DNA from: a virus
Taxonomy: Duplodnaviria; Caudoviricetes
Strand: one strand, 5' to 3'
DNA: 41,661 nucleotides
Virus record (IMG/VR): IMGVR_UViG_3300005805_000166
Span: 1-41,661 of that record
This document shows positions 34,699 to 41,661 of the stretch, piece by piece. The notes beneath the pieces were generated by a model. It was given only the letters and a program-made list of their open reading frames with translations, ran no database searches and was not told where the DNA came from. The position numbers and the translations under genes were made by a program. Position 1 is the first letter of the stretch. Each line of letters starts with the position of its first letter.

Positions 34699-34911
34699 AT
34701 GCGATACAAAATCCAGATGCAATCTGCCAATGGCGGCTGGTCTGACCTGCGCGAATCATCCGACGACGGTCGAACATATGAAACCTGTCTATTCCCCACG
34801 CGCATGGCTGCGGTTGCCGCGCGCGGTGAGGTTTCGGAGTTATTCGAATTCCTTGAATCACTGAGAATTGTCCCTGCTGAAACACCTGAGACTGAGAATA
34901 TTTACGCATGA
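34699..34911 (+). CDS. Hypothetical protein (paralog of 36943-37206)
   Basis: YKIQ...GWSDL...F.TR..A...RIVP. Confidence 0.7.
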   Translation: MRYKIQMQSANGGWSDLRESSDDGRTYETCLFPTRMAAVAARGEVSELFEFLESLRIVPAETPETENIYA

Positions 34912-35288
34912 AATCAACCCATACCCCTACCCCTTGGCTTGTCCGATTCGACGAGGACCGATTCGACTCGAAGCTATCTGTCCTTGAGGTCATCGATGGA
35001 CGAGATGAGTCTCTGAATCATCCTCAGGGTGCGCTTGTCCTCGCGCGAGTCAATGTGAGTGCATTTGCCCCGCACATGGATGAGCCGCTTGCCAATGCTC
35101 GCCTGATTGCTGCCGCGCCTGACCTGCTGGCGATTATCCGCGCATTACTGCCCCACGCGCAGAACGAATGGACGCGCCTTGATGATTTGGCGCACCGTGG
35201 TCATTTGGAGAGCGAGAATTCGGCAATGAATTTGGACAGGTGGATTGAGCATGCGTTTGAAACTATTGATAAATTGGAGGTTAAATGA
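34908..35288 (+). CDS. Conserved phage protein
   Basis: HTPTPW...ANARLIAAAPDLL motif. Confidence 0.78.
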   Translation: MKSTHTPTPWLVRFDEDRFDSKLSVLEVIDGRDESLNHPQGALVLARVNVSAFAPHMDEPLANARLIAAAPDLLAIIRALLPHAQNEWTRLDDLAHRGHLESENSAMNLDRWIEHAFETIDKLEVK

Positions 35289-35476
35289 ACCACATCCATC
35301 ATCCGAAACGTAAGGTCGAAAGACCGTTCTCTGGTGCGGTAGAATCTGACAAGCCGAATCGATACGCGCACGGCTGGGTAACTATTGAGCAAATCTGCCA
35401 ATGCGGCGCAAGGCGACTGGTCAACGTGAACCAGAAGCAAAAGGAAGTTGGTTATTGGAAGGAGGAAACCCGATGA
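35285..35476 (+). CDS. Hypothetical protein
   Basis: ATGA overlaps; GGAGG SD; H...CxCG. Confidence 0.68.
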   Translation: MNHIHHPKRKVERPFSGAVESDKPNRYAHGWVTIEQICQCGARRLVNVNQKQKEVGYWKEETR

Positions 35477-35667
35477 ATCTGACTCAAATCAAGGATGCGG
35501 TTCTACGCGGCAAGAAAGTGCATTGGAAGAGCGGATTGTATGAGGTCATCTGCGATAGCGTGGGCCAATGGTTGATTGTTTGCCGCTCGACTGGTGGATG
35601 TTGGGGGTTGACCTGGGCGGATAAAACGACGGTCAACGGAGAGCCAAAAGATTTCTTCGTGGGATAA
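35473..35667 (+). CDS. Hypothetical protein
   Basis: GGAGG SD, ATGA overlap. Confidence 0.68.
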   Translation: MNLTQIKDAVLRGKKVHWKSGLYEVICDSVGQWLIVCRSTGGCWGLTWADKTTVNGEPKDFFVG

Positions 35668-35671
35668 AATC

Positions 35672-36037
35672 ATGCATCCACTACTTTTATCCGCGCTGAT
35701 TCAGGTCGAATCCGGCGGGAATGACCTTGCGCGAGGCCGTCATGGCGAGCTTGGCGCGTTGCAGATCAAATCGATCATGGTGCGCGATGTAAATCGGATC
35801 ATGGGAACGGATTACTCGCACGCGCAGGTGACGAACCGAGCGGTTTCGGTCTTCATCGCGGAATCTTATTTCTCGCATTACGGACGCAATTTAAGCGACG
35901 AATCGCTTGCTCGGATCTGGCAAGGTGGGCCGAAAGGCCTTAAAAGATCATCGACTCGCGTGTACGGCAAACGTGTCATGCGCGAGTTGGAGTCGATGGA
36001 TAAATTCACCGAAAAGCATCATTTCACCGCACGGTAA
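35672..36037 (+). CDS. Lysozyme-fold (SLT/transglycosylase-like) protein
   Basis: ALIQVESGG, GALQI, ARIWQGGP. Confidence 0.78.
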   Translation: MHPLLLSALIQVESGGNDLARGRHGELGALQIKSIMVRDVNRIMGTDYSHAQVTNRAVSVFIAESYFSHYGRNLSDESLARIWQGGPKGLKRSSTRVYGKRVMRELESMDKFTEKHHFTAR

Positions 36038-36051
36038 AACAGCACACACCA

Positions 36052-36297
36052 ATGAAACTAACTATTCAGTCCAAACAGAACGCACAGACGATCATCGATC
36101 TGTTCAATGCCATTATCACGGGCGAAACCGAGGAGCATGGAGCGACGCCTATGTCCATTTACGACGACGACAAGCATATCTGTTCCATCACGGCGGCGAA
36201 TGGCGAGCAGATCCTCGAACTGATCATCGAACGGGAGGTTGGGGACAGGCTTTGTCCGGTGTTCGAGGGCAACCCTGATGAGGAGAAGCTGCCGTGA
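36052..36297 (+). CDS. Hypothetical acidic protein
   Basis: Tiles operon. Confidence 0.65.
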   Translation: MKLTIQSKQNAQTIIDLFNAIITGETEEHGATPMSIYDDDKHICSITAANGEQILELIIEREVGDRLCPVFEGNPDEEKLP

Positions 36298-36638
36298 TAA
36301 TCGGAACAAGAGGGCCGTATACCGGGCATGAAATCCAAATGCTCGTTGAGAGAAAATATCGAGATGAATCCTTGAAGGCACGAAATCTATCTTTGAGCGA
36401 GTTGATGGGAAGACTGGAATCCGTTTGTAAACGGAATTTTGACGCAATGGCTGGCGAGTCTGCCATTCGTCTAGCTCACGTCTCCGCCGCCCTTACATGC
36501 CTAGAAGACAGTCTGTTCTACGCTCGCATGTACAAGTCCACGGATCCGACTGGAGAAGGCGAGAAGCGTCGTCAGGAACTGATCGATGACTCGGAGATGA
36601 TCATCAAACTGATCCGTAACGGAGGACTCTACCCGTGA
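36294..36638 (+). CDS. Hypothetical protein
   Basis: GTGA overlap; start uncertain. Confidence 0.6.
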   Translation: MIIGTRGPYTGHEIQMLVERKYRDESLKARNLSLSELMGRLESVCKRNFDAMAGESAIRLAHVSAALTCLEDSLFYARMYKSTDPTGEGEKRRQELIDDSEMIIKLIRNGGLYP

Positions 36639-36946
36639 GCAATGATCCAGCCGATTACCTGAGCGGCACCGAACTCCGCGTCTGCCAGTTGATCGCCGAG
36701 CGACAGATGATGGGTATCGCGAAGTACGGCACGACCGTGAGCGACAATCCGCTTCCTCTTCGCGAGTGGCTACAGCATGCGCTGGAGGAGACGCTCGATC
36801 AGGCCATCTATCTCAAGCGTGCGATTGAGGAGTTGGACAATGCGGAGTCGCCGCCCCGACAAAAGACCATTGAGGAACTGATGAAACCGTACCTGTCGCC
36901 TGAGCTAGTCGATTTCAAACCAACCAACTACAAGATCGAACTATGA
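36635..36946 (+). CDS. All-alpha NTP pyrophosphohydrolase-like protein
   Basis: G.AKYGTT...WLQHALEE.LD.AIYL (EExxD). Confidence 0.62.
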   Translation: MSNDPADYLSGTELRVCQLIAERQMMGIAKYGTTVSDNPLPLREWLQHALEETLDQAIYLKRAIEELDNAESPPRQKTIEELMKPYLSPELVDFKPTNYKIEL

Positions 36947-37206
36947 GCGGTAAAAACCTATTCGGACCGGCCAAGTTTAAGGTTCAGATATCCGGCGCGA
37001 TTGGCTGGTCTGACCTGAAGCAGCGAGTGGTCCGATTTGAGACGGTCGAATTCGCCTCGCGCAAGGAGGCTGAGAAGTCGGCCAAGGAATTGAATCCGGG
37101 CGAGTACACGCAAGGACGCATCCGAGTTGTTCCGGTCGATATGCCGGAGGACTACGACGTGTATCCGGTCGCGGAGCGTTCGCGCGACAATTCAAAATCC
37201 AGCTAA
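36943..37206 (+). CDS. Hypothetical protein (paralog of 34699-34911)
   Basis: FKVQ...GWSDL...F.SR..A...RVVP. Confidence 0.7.
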   Translation: MSGKNLFGPAKFKVQISGAIGWSDLKQRVVRFETVEFASRKEAEKSAKELNPGEYTQGRIRVVPVDMPEDYDVYPVAERSRDNSKSS

Positions 37207-37419
37207 CTTCTCCACTCGCACCCCGCGCATCTAACAAGTAAGCCATCAAGCCCCTATTCGAGAGCATGAAAATCGGTCAGATTCCAAATTCGATTCTAGC
37301 GGTCGCAACCAGCGAAACCGTATCAACACGCCATTCGCGCATCAAAATCGCCCTACGAGCCGTTTCTGAGCGATTAAACAGCATGTCGATAGATCGATTG
37401 ATCGGTGTTCGAGGGGTTT

Positions 37420-37541
37420 CAATTCCGCAGCCGATTGCGTCCGCCCCGTCAGGAGGCGGTGCAAGCAAGTCGGCGAAAGCGGAATTGTACTCCCTATTTA
37501 TGGGGAGTTAATGAACTCCCAATAGGGGAGATAGCGGGAGT
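37420..37541. repeat. Long hairpin plus nested CTCCC/GGGAG palindromes (candidate origin)
   Basis: CAATTCCGC...GCGGAATTG closing a 68-nt hairpin; GGGAGTT-AATG-AACTCCC. Confidence 0.55.
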
Positions 37542-37635
37542 CATGCGAAGTTTTAATTAGCAAGAAGTGGGTTAGATGAAAGTTCGTTTGAATGAAGTTG
37601 ACAAAAGGCCGTAGAAGAGTGCATTACAAGTTCCT

Positions 37636-38169
37636 ATGAGTTACTTAGAGAATGGGGCAACCCACCGCAGCATGTTCCGATTGATGGAGCCGCTGCATCA
37701 CGATGCCGATCCGAATCGCTCGCAGGTTCTGGCCCACATCATGGAGAACATGCAGTGCGATTTAGGCCGGGCGATTCGGGCGTTCAATTCGATGCGCCAT
37801 CCGAAGTCGAAGGTGCTGGTTTTCGATCATGTCCACCGGATGTGGAAGGGGTGCGATTGGCTTCCCGAAAACGAAAACTCCAAGGACGCCATGATCCTAG
37901 TCGAGCATCGGGCATTGGAGCGTCGAGTCATCGCGATGGATGGCGAACTCAAGAAAGCCCTCAAAGAAATCAAGCGTCTGAACAAGCAGATGGCCGATCT
38001 ATACACCGATGCGAAAGAGATGGGTCAATCTGATGGTGGAGAGGATCAGAAAACGATGGTCGAACAGATGAACGAAATTTTTGGGAAACCCCCCGCAAAA
38101 TCGAGGAAAAGCAAGGTTCAGCAGCCGATGAACACGACCGAATCGCTCGTCGCTCAAGCGTGGAGCTGA
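37636..38169 (+). CDS. Hypothetical protein with coiled coil
   Basis: 177-aa ORF, TTGACA upstream at about 37599. Confidence 0.72.
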   Translation: MSYLENGATHRSMFRLMEPLHHDADPNRSQVLAHIMENMQCDLGRAIRAFNSMRHPKSKVLVFDHVHRMWKGCDWLPENENSKDAMILVEHRALERRVIAMDGELKKALKEIKRLNKQMADLYTDAKEMGQSDGGEDQKTMVEQMNEIFGKPPAKSRKSKVQQPMNTTESLVAQAWS

Positions 38170-38188
38170 AAATCTTTCCGAAAATCAT

Positions 38189-38217
38189 TTGACCCCACTT
38201 CAGACAACTGCGACACT
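38189..38217 (+). promoter_or_regulatory. Putative promoter of recombination/replication operon
   Basis: TTGACC-17-GACACT with TGn extension. Confidence 0.55.
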
Positions 38218-38330
38218 ACGTTCGCAACAATGACCAATTTTCTGCAATCAGGCGTAGAGCGCGTCGAGGTGACGCGACCGGGAGTTTTGGATTTTCACCC
38301 GTGATTATCACCTGATTGCAGCAGTTTTCT

Positions 38331-38618
38331 ATGAAAGTTTTCACGGCCAAACAGACAGCGGCGATGCTTCAGATTTGCTGCGAAACGCTCCGGCGAATCG
38401 TTCGCAAGGATGGCATCCAGCACAGGAGGATTGGCCGACGGATCTTGTTCACCGAGTCCGACATCGCGGCGATTCTTGAGAGTCGAGCGACGATTGGCGC
38501 GGTGAATCCTTACGCCAGCAAGAAACCAAAACAGCAGAAAAACGAGAATACAAATGAGCAGCAGCAGCAACCTAGTTCCGACGACAGCAACGCAACAACT
38601 GAGTCCGGCCAGTCCTGA
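38331..38618 (+). CDS. Excisionase-like HTH_17 DNA-binding protein
   Basis: FTAKQTAAML.I...TLRR....G.I...RIGRRILF...DI. Confidence 0.8.
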   Translation: MKVFTAKQTAAMLQICCETLRRIVRKDGIQHRRIGRRILFTESDIAAILESRATIGAVNPYASKKPKQQKNENTNEQQQQPSSDDSNATTESGQS

Positions 38619-39366
38619 CTTTTACGACCGCATCGATAGTCCGATGGATGCGGTGAAGACGATGGGCGACTGGATCGCACACTCTGGAATGTTTGGGTGT
38701 GTGAAGCCTGAGCAGGGATATGTCCTCGCTCTGGAATGCATTGCCAGCCGAATGACTCCGCTTTCATGGAAGCGCGAGAACCATTTGATCAATGGCAACA
38801 TCACGATGAAGAGCGAGTCTATGCTCTCAGGTCTGATGAATGCTGGGTGGGACATTGACTGGATTCAGTTCGATGCGGTGGCGGCGATTGCCGACTTCAG
38901 CAAGGGAATCAAGAAGGTCCGCGTATCATTTACCGCAGATGATGCGAAGCAAGCTGGGCTAATCCCCGCAAAGCCTGGAAGTGGGTGGGCGAAGTTTCCG
39001 GCTGAGATGCTTAGAGCGAGGGTTATCAGCAAGGCGACGCGCATGCTCGATCCTCGGATTACGCAGGGTCGATATACGCCCGAGGAAGTGGCCGACTTCA
39101 ATACCCCATCAACACCCACCTCGACGACTACGACGCGCCAGACGGTCAATGTGACGCCGGAATCGGCATTCTCGCTTGTCGAGAAGCTTGAGCAGATTCT
39201 CGAACCGCATGCGGACATCGCCAATGCGTTCCTGCTCTCGAAGAACTTGATCAAGGAAGGTCAGAACTTCCGCGATGTCTCGGCCAAGGTGGCCAACATG
39301 ATCATCAGCGACGCCGATGGTTTTCTTTCCAAGGCTAAGGCGTTCTCAGCCCCCACACTCGAATAA
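38554..39366 (+). CDS. RecT-like single-strand annealing protein
   Basis: F...DAKQAGL, WAKFPAEMLRARVIS, G.YTPEEV. Confidence 0.75.
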   Translation: MSSSSNLVPTTATQQLSPASPDFYDRIDSPMDAVKTMGDWIAHSGMFGCVKPEQGYVLALECIASRMTPLSWKRENHLINGNITMKSESMLSGLMNAGWDIDWIQFDAVAAIADFSKGIKKVRVSFTADDAKQAGLIPAKPGSGWAKFPAEMLRARVISKATRMLDPRITQGRYTPEEVADFNTPSTPTSTTTTRQTVNVTPESAFSLVEKLEQILEPHADIANAFLLSKNLIKEGQNFRDVSAKVANMIISDADGFLSKAKAFSAPTLE

Positions 39367-39374
39367 TTTAACCA

Positions 39375-39614
39375 ATGAAAACTAGAACTAAGAAAACAAA
39401 TTATCGCGTTACGCTTCGTTGCGGAACCATTGCCGACTGCTCAACGAATGAAGCGGCGTGTCAATTAGCCGCGAAAGAAGCCGGAAAGATTCCAGGCGTT
39501 GTTTGGGTTGGCGTTGAACACGACCAACAGGTTGTTTGTGAAACATGCGAGTGGCCGGTTGAGTCGGGACGTTGTCTTAATGGAAAATGCGTCCAATACC
39601 AGCACTCCAGATGA
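39375..39614 (+). CDS. Small Cys-rich protein
   Basis: CETC...C...C; ATGA overlap with next gene. Confidence 0.6.
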   Translation: MKTRTKKTNYRVTLRCGTIADCSTNEAACQLAAKEAGKIPGVVWVGVEHDQQVVCETCEWPVESGRCLNGKCVQYQHSR

Positions 39615-40405
39615 GCATTCTAAACCAGCACATTAATTTTGACATGCCAGCTGAGAAGTATCACGCCGTTGATGCGCTGAGCAAAAGCATGATGACCAAG
39701 ATCCTGAAGTCACCGGCGCACTACAAAGCTGCGCTGGAGGAACATCAGGAGCCGACGAAGGCCATGCAGCTTGGAACGGCGATTCATACTGCTGTTCTCG
39801 AACCGCACCTGTACTCGCAAGTTGTCGCCGTGATTCCGCCGGATATCGACGGTCGGACGAAGGAAGGCAAAGCGTGGAAGGAGCAGCACAAGTCACGCAT
39901 CCATCTGACTCATGCCGAGGATATTGATGTCCAGGGTGTTTCGAACAGCGTTCGCAAGCATCCGTTCTGGGACATCATTCATCTGGCCCACAAGATTGAG
40001 GCGAGCGTGTTTGCTGAGGATGCTGAGACTGGTATCTCTCTCAAGGCGCGTCCTGATCTGTGGGTCGAGGATCATACGCTTGTCGATGTGAAGACTACGG
40101 ATGACGCGACTCCCGAAGGGTTTAGCCGGACCGTGACAAGTTTTGGCTACCATATTCAGGCCGCGCACTATCTTGCGATGACCGAGGCTGAGAACTTCAT
40201 CTTCGTCGCCGTCGAACGCAAAGCCCCGTATGCCATCGGCATCTACAAGCTAGATGCAGAGTGGCTTCAGGCCGGTGAGAACCTCCGGCGCAAAGCAATC
40301 TCAACGCTGCACGAGTGTCGCGCACTGGACAGTTGGCCAGCCTATCCGACTGCTACACAAACACTTTCATGCCCAAAATGGGTGCTGAATAAATCCGAGA
40401 GTTAA
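39611..40405 (+). CDS. RecE/ExoVIII-like exonuclease (DUF3799-like)
   Basis: YHA..ALSKS, GTAIH..VLEP, KARPD, DVKTT, YHIQAAHY. Confidence 0.9.
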   Translation: MSILNQHINFDMPAEKYHAVDALSKSMMTKILKSPAHYKAALEEHQEPTKAMQLGTAIHTAVLEPHLYSQVVAVIPPDIDGRTKEGKAWKEQHKSRIHLTHAEDIDVQGVSNSVRKHPFWDIIHLAHKIEASVFAEDAETGISLKARPDLWVEDHTLVDVKTTDDATPEGFSRTVTSFGYHIQAAHYLAMTEAENFIFVAVERKAPYAIGIYKLDAEWLQAGENLRRKAISTLHECRALDSWPAYPTATQTLSCPKWVLNKSES

Positions 40406-40430
40406 AACAGAATCAAAACCGCTAACAAAT

Positions 40431-40856
40431 ATGTTCAAAGTTAATCGTAAGGACGCTGGCAGCAATTATATCAACGCTGAAGGCGAGTACATTGTAACCG
40501 TGATGAAGATCGAGGAAACGCTCGATGCTAAGGGCCGCGAGGTCTGCAAGGTGACATTCGCAACCGATGAGGGAGCGAGCATCGCTGACCGTTTCATCAA
40601 TCAGGAAAATGTATGGTTCCGCGTGAACCAGTTGGTTGCAGCAACGAACCACAATGTACCGGATGGAACCGAGGTGGATTTCCTTGGTGTGAAGGGCAGC
40701 TACGCGAACTTCCTTCGTTCGATGATCGGACTCAACCTTGTCATCACCGTTCGTGCTGAGGAGTACGACTTCAATGGCGAGAAGAAGAAGGCGTACCGGA
40801 TCAAGAACATGAAGGGATTCACTGCCCAGACTGAAGCTGAGGAAAAGCCGTTCTAA
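40431..40856 (+). CDS. DUF669-type OB-fold ssDNA-binding protein
   Basis: EGEY.V.V pattern, acidic tail ending EEKPF. Confidence 0.65.
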   Translation: MFKVNRKDAGSNYINAEGEYIVTVMKIEETLDAKGREVCKVTFATDEGASIADRFINQENVWFRVNQLVAATNHNVPDGTEVDFLGVKGSYANFLRSMIGLNLVITVRAEEYDFNGEKKKAYRIKNMKGFTAQTEAEEKPF

Positions 40857-40928
40857 GCAAAAGCACGGAGGGGAGCGTATTCCGCGATAACGCTCGGTAG
40901 TCAATTCTAACGCACACAATTCGTATCC

Positions 40929-41576
40929 ATGAGAGTCAAACTTGTAGCTATCACCAAACCCCTTGTCGGCGACGGTAACATGACCGCATCCGACTTCATC
41001 ACGTTCGCAGCGCGTGTCAGTAATCCGAGCAACCAGATGAGCTTGCTCACCGCTCCGAAGTTACTGGCCTACTGCATCAAGAACGGCCATTGGAGCATCT
41101 TCGAACAGGCGAGCATGACGGTCGAGATTCAGACCAGCCGAGCGATATCCGCACAGATCATTCGTCATCGCAGCTTTTGCTTCCAAGAATTTTCACAAAG
41201 ATATGCACCCAGCGATGCGCCGGAGCCGGTTGAACTTCGCAGTCAGGACCGAGTGAATCGCCAAGGAAGCGGTGATTCATTTGAGAAAGACTGGGCATAC
41301 GATGTGGTTGCCAAGTCTGTTAATCTGGCATTTACAACCTATCGAACATTGCTTCAAGAGGGTGTTAGTCGGGAGACAGCGCGAATGGTTTTGCCGCTCT
41401 GTACGCAGACGACGCTCTACATGACTGGCAACATTCGCTCATGGATTCATTATCTTGAGCAGCGTTGCGCGAAGGGTACGCAGAAGGAACACCGGCAGAT
41501 CGCCGAGGCTATCCGCGACACGATCTTCGCTGTCGAGTTCCCGCACATTCACAACGCATTGCAGGAGGCCAAATGA
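40929..41576 (+). CDS. thyX: Flavin-dependent thymidylate synthase
   Basis: GHWSIFEQ, RHRSFCFQEFSQRY, E.AR.VLP, GNIRSW. Confidence 0.96.
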   Translation: MRVKLVAITKPLVGDGNMTASDFITFAARVSNPSNQMSLLTAPKLLAYCIKNGHWSIFEQASMTVEIQTSRAISAQIIRHRSFCFQEFSQRYAPSDAPEPVELRSQDRVNRQGSGDSFEKDWAYDVVAKSVNLAFTTYRTLLQEGVSRETARMVLPLCTQTTLYMTGNIRSWIHYLEQRCAKGTQKEHRQIAEAIRDTIFAVEFPHIHNALQEAK

Positions 41577-41661
41577 GCGAGCAAAACAAATCAGAGACTT
41601 TACGCCTTACGTTCAAAGGACTGCTGTCCATCTATCTACCAGAAGCGAAAATGATGGAAGT
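41573..41661 (+). CDS. Hypothetical protein (3'-truncated)
   Basis: ATGA overlap, GGAGG upstream, open to window end. Confidence 0.55.
   Translation, partial: MSEQNKSETLRLTFKGLLSIYLPEAKMME

Larger units (their letters stand above)
1..41661. mobile_element. Tailed dsDNA bacteriophage genome (podovirus-like), near complete
   Basis: TerL, portal, scaffold, MCP, tail fibre, lysis and replication genes fill the window; no host housekeeping context. Confidence 0.97.

Noticed and set aside
37266-37511. 81-aa ORF in the large gap
   Set aside because: Low-information sequence overlapping strong DNA/RNA symmetry elements; cannot be supported
1-41661. CRISPR array, DGR/reverse transcriptase, integrase, recoded stop codons
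   Set aside because: No regularly spaced repeats, RT or recombinase motifs seen; genes tile well with the standard code

Overview
Near-complete (both ends truncated inside the replication module) genome of a tailed dsDNA phage with podovirus-type virion genes (portal, nozzle/adaptor, three ejection-protein-like genes, no tape measure), infecting a diderm host (overlapping spanin-like pair). Modules: replication/recombination on + (SF2 helicase, SSB, RuvC-like, primase-helicase; RecT/RecE-like, DUF669-type SSB, ThyX); tail/ejection operon on - (4742-15941); an oppositely oriented TerL-portal-glycoenzyme-scaffold block on + (15996-25531); MCP-decoration-fibre-lysis operon on - (25583-30715); TerS and a control region (31450-32330); small early genes (32333-37206). 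No integrase, DNA polymerase, tRNA or CRISPR was seen. Most unusual points: (1) a citrate-synthase-fold protein with rewritten catalytic residues, coupled to a sulfotransferase-like gene inside the tail operon; (2) a four-gene glycan cassette (GT2, methyltransferase, GT25, GH130-like) between portal and scaffold; (3) parS, a DnaA box and tandem NrdR-like boxes clustered at terS; (4) a 3x heptad motif shared by the tail nozzle and a capsid-linked mini-adaptor. All family calls come from motif recognition by eye, not database searches.
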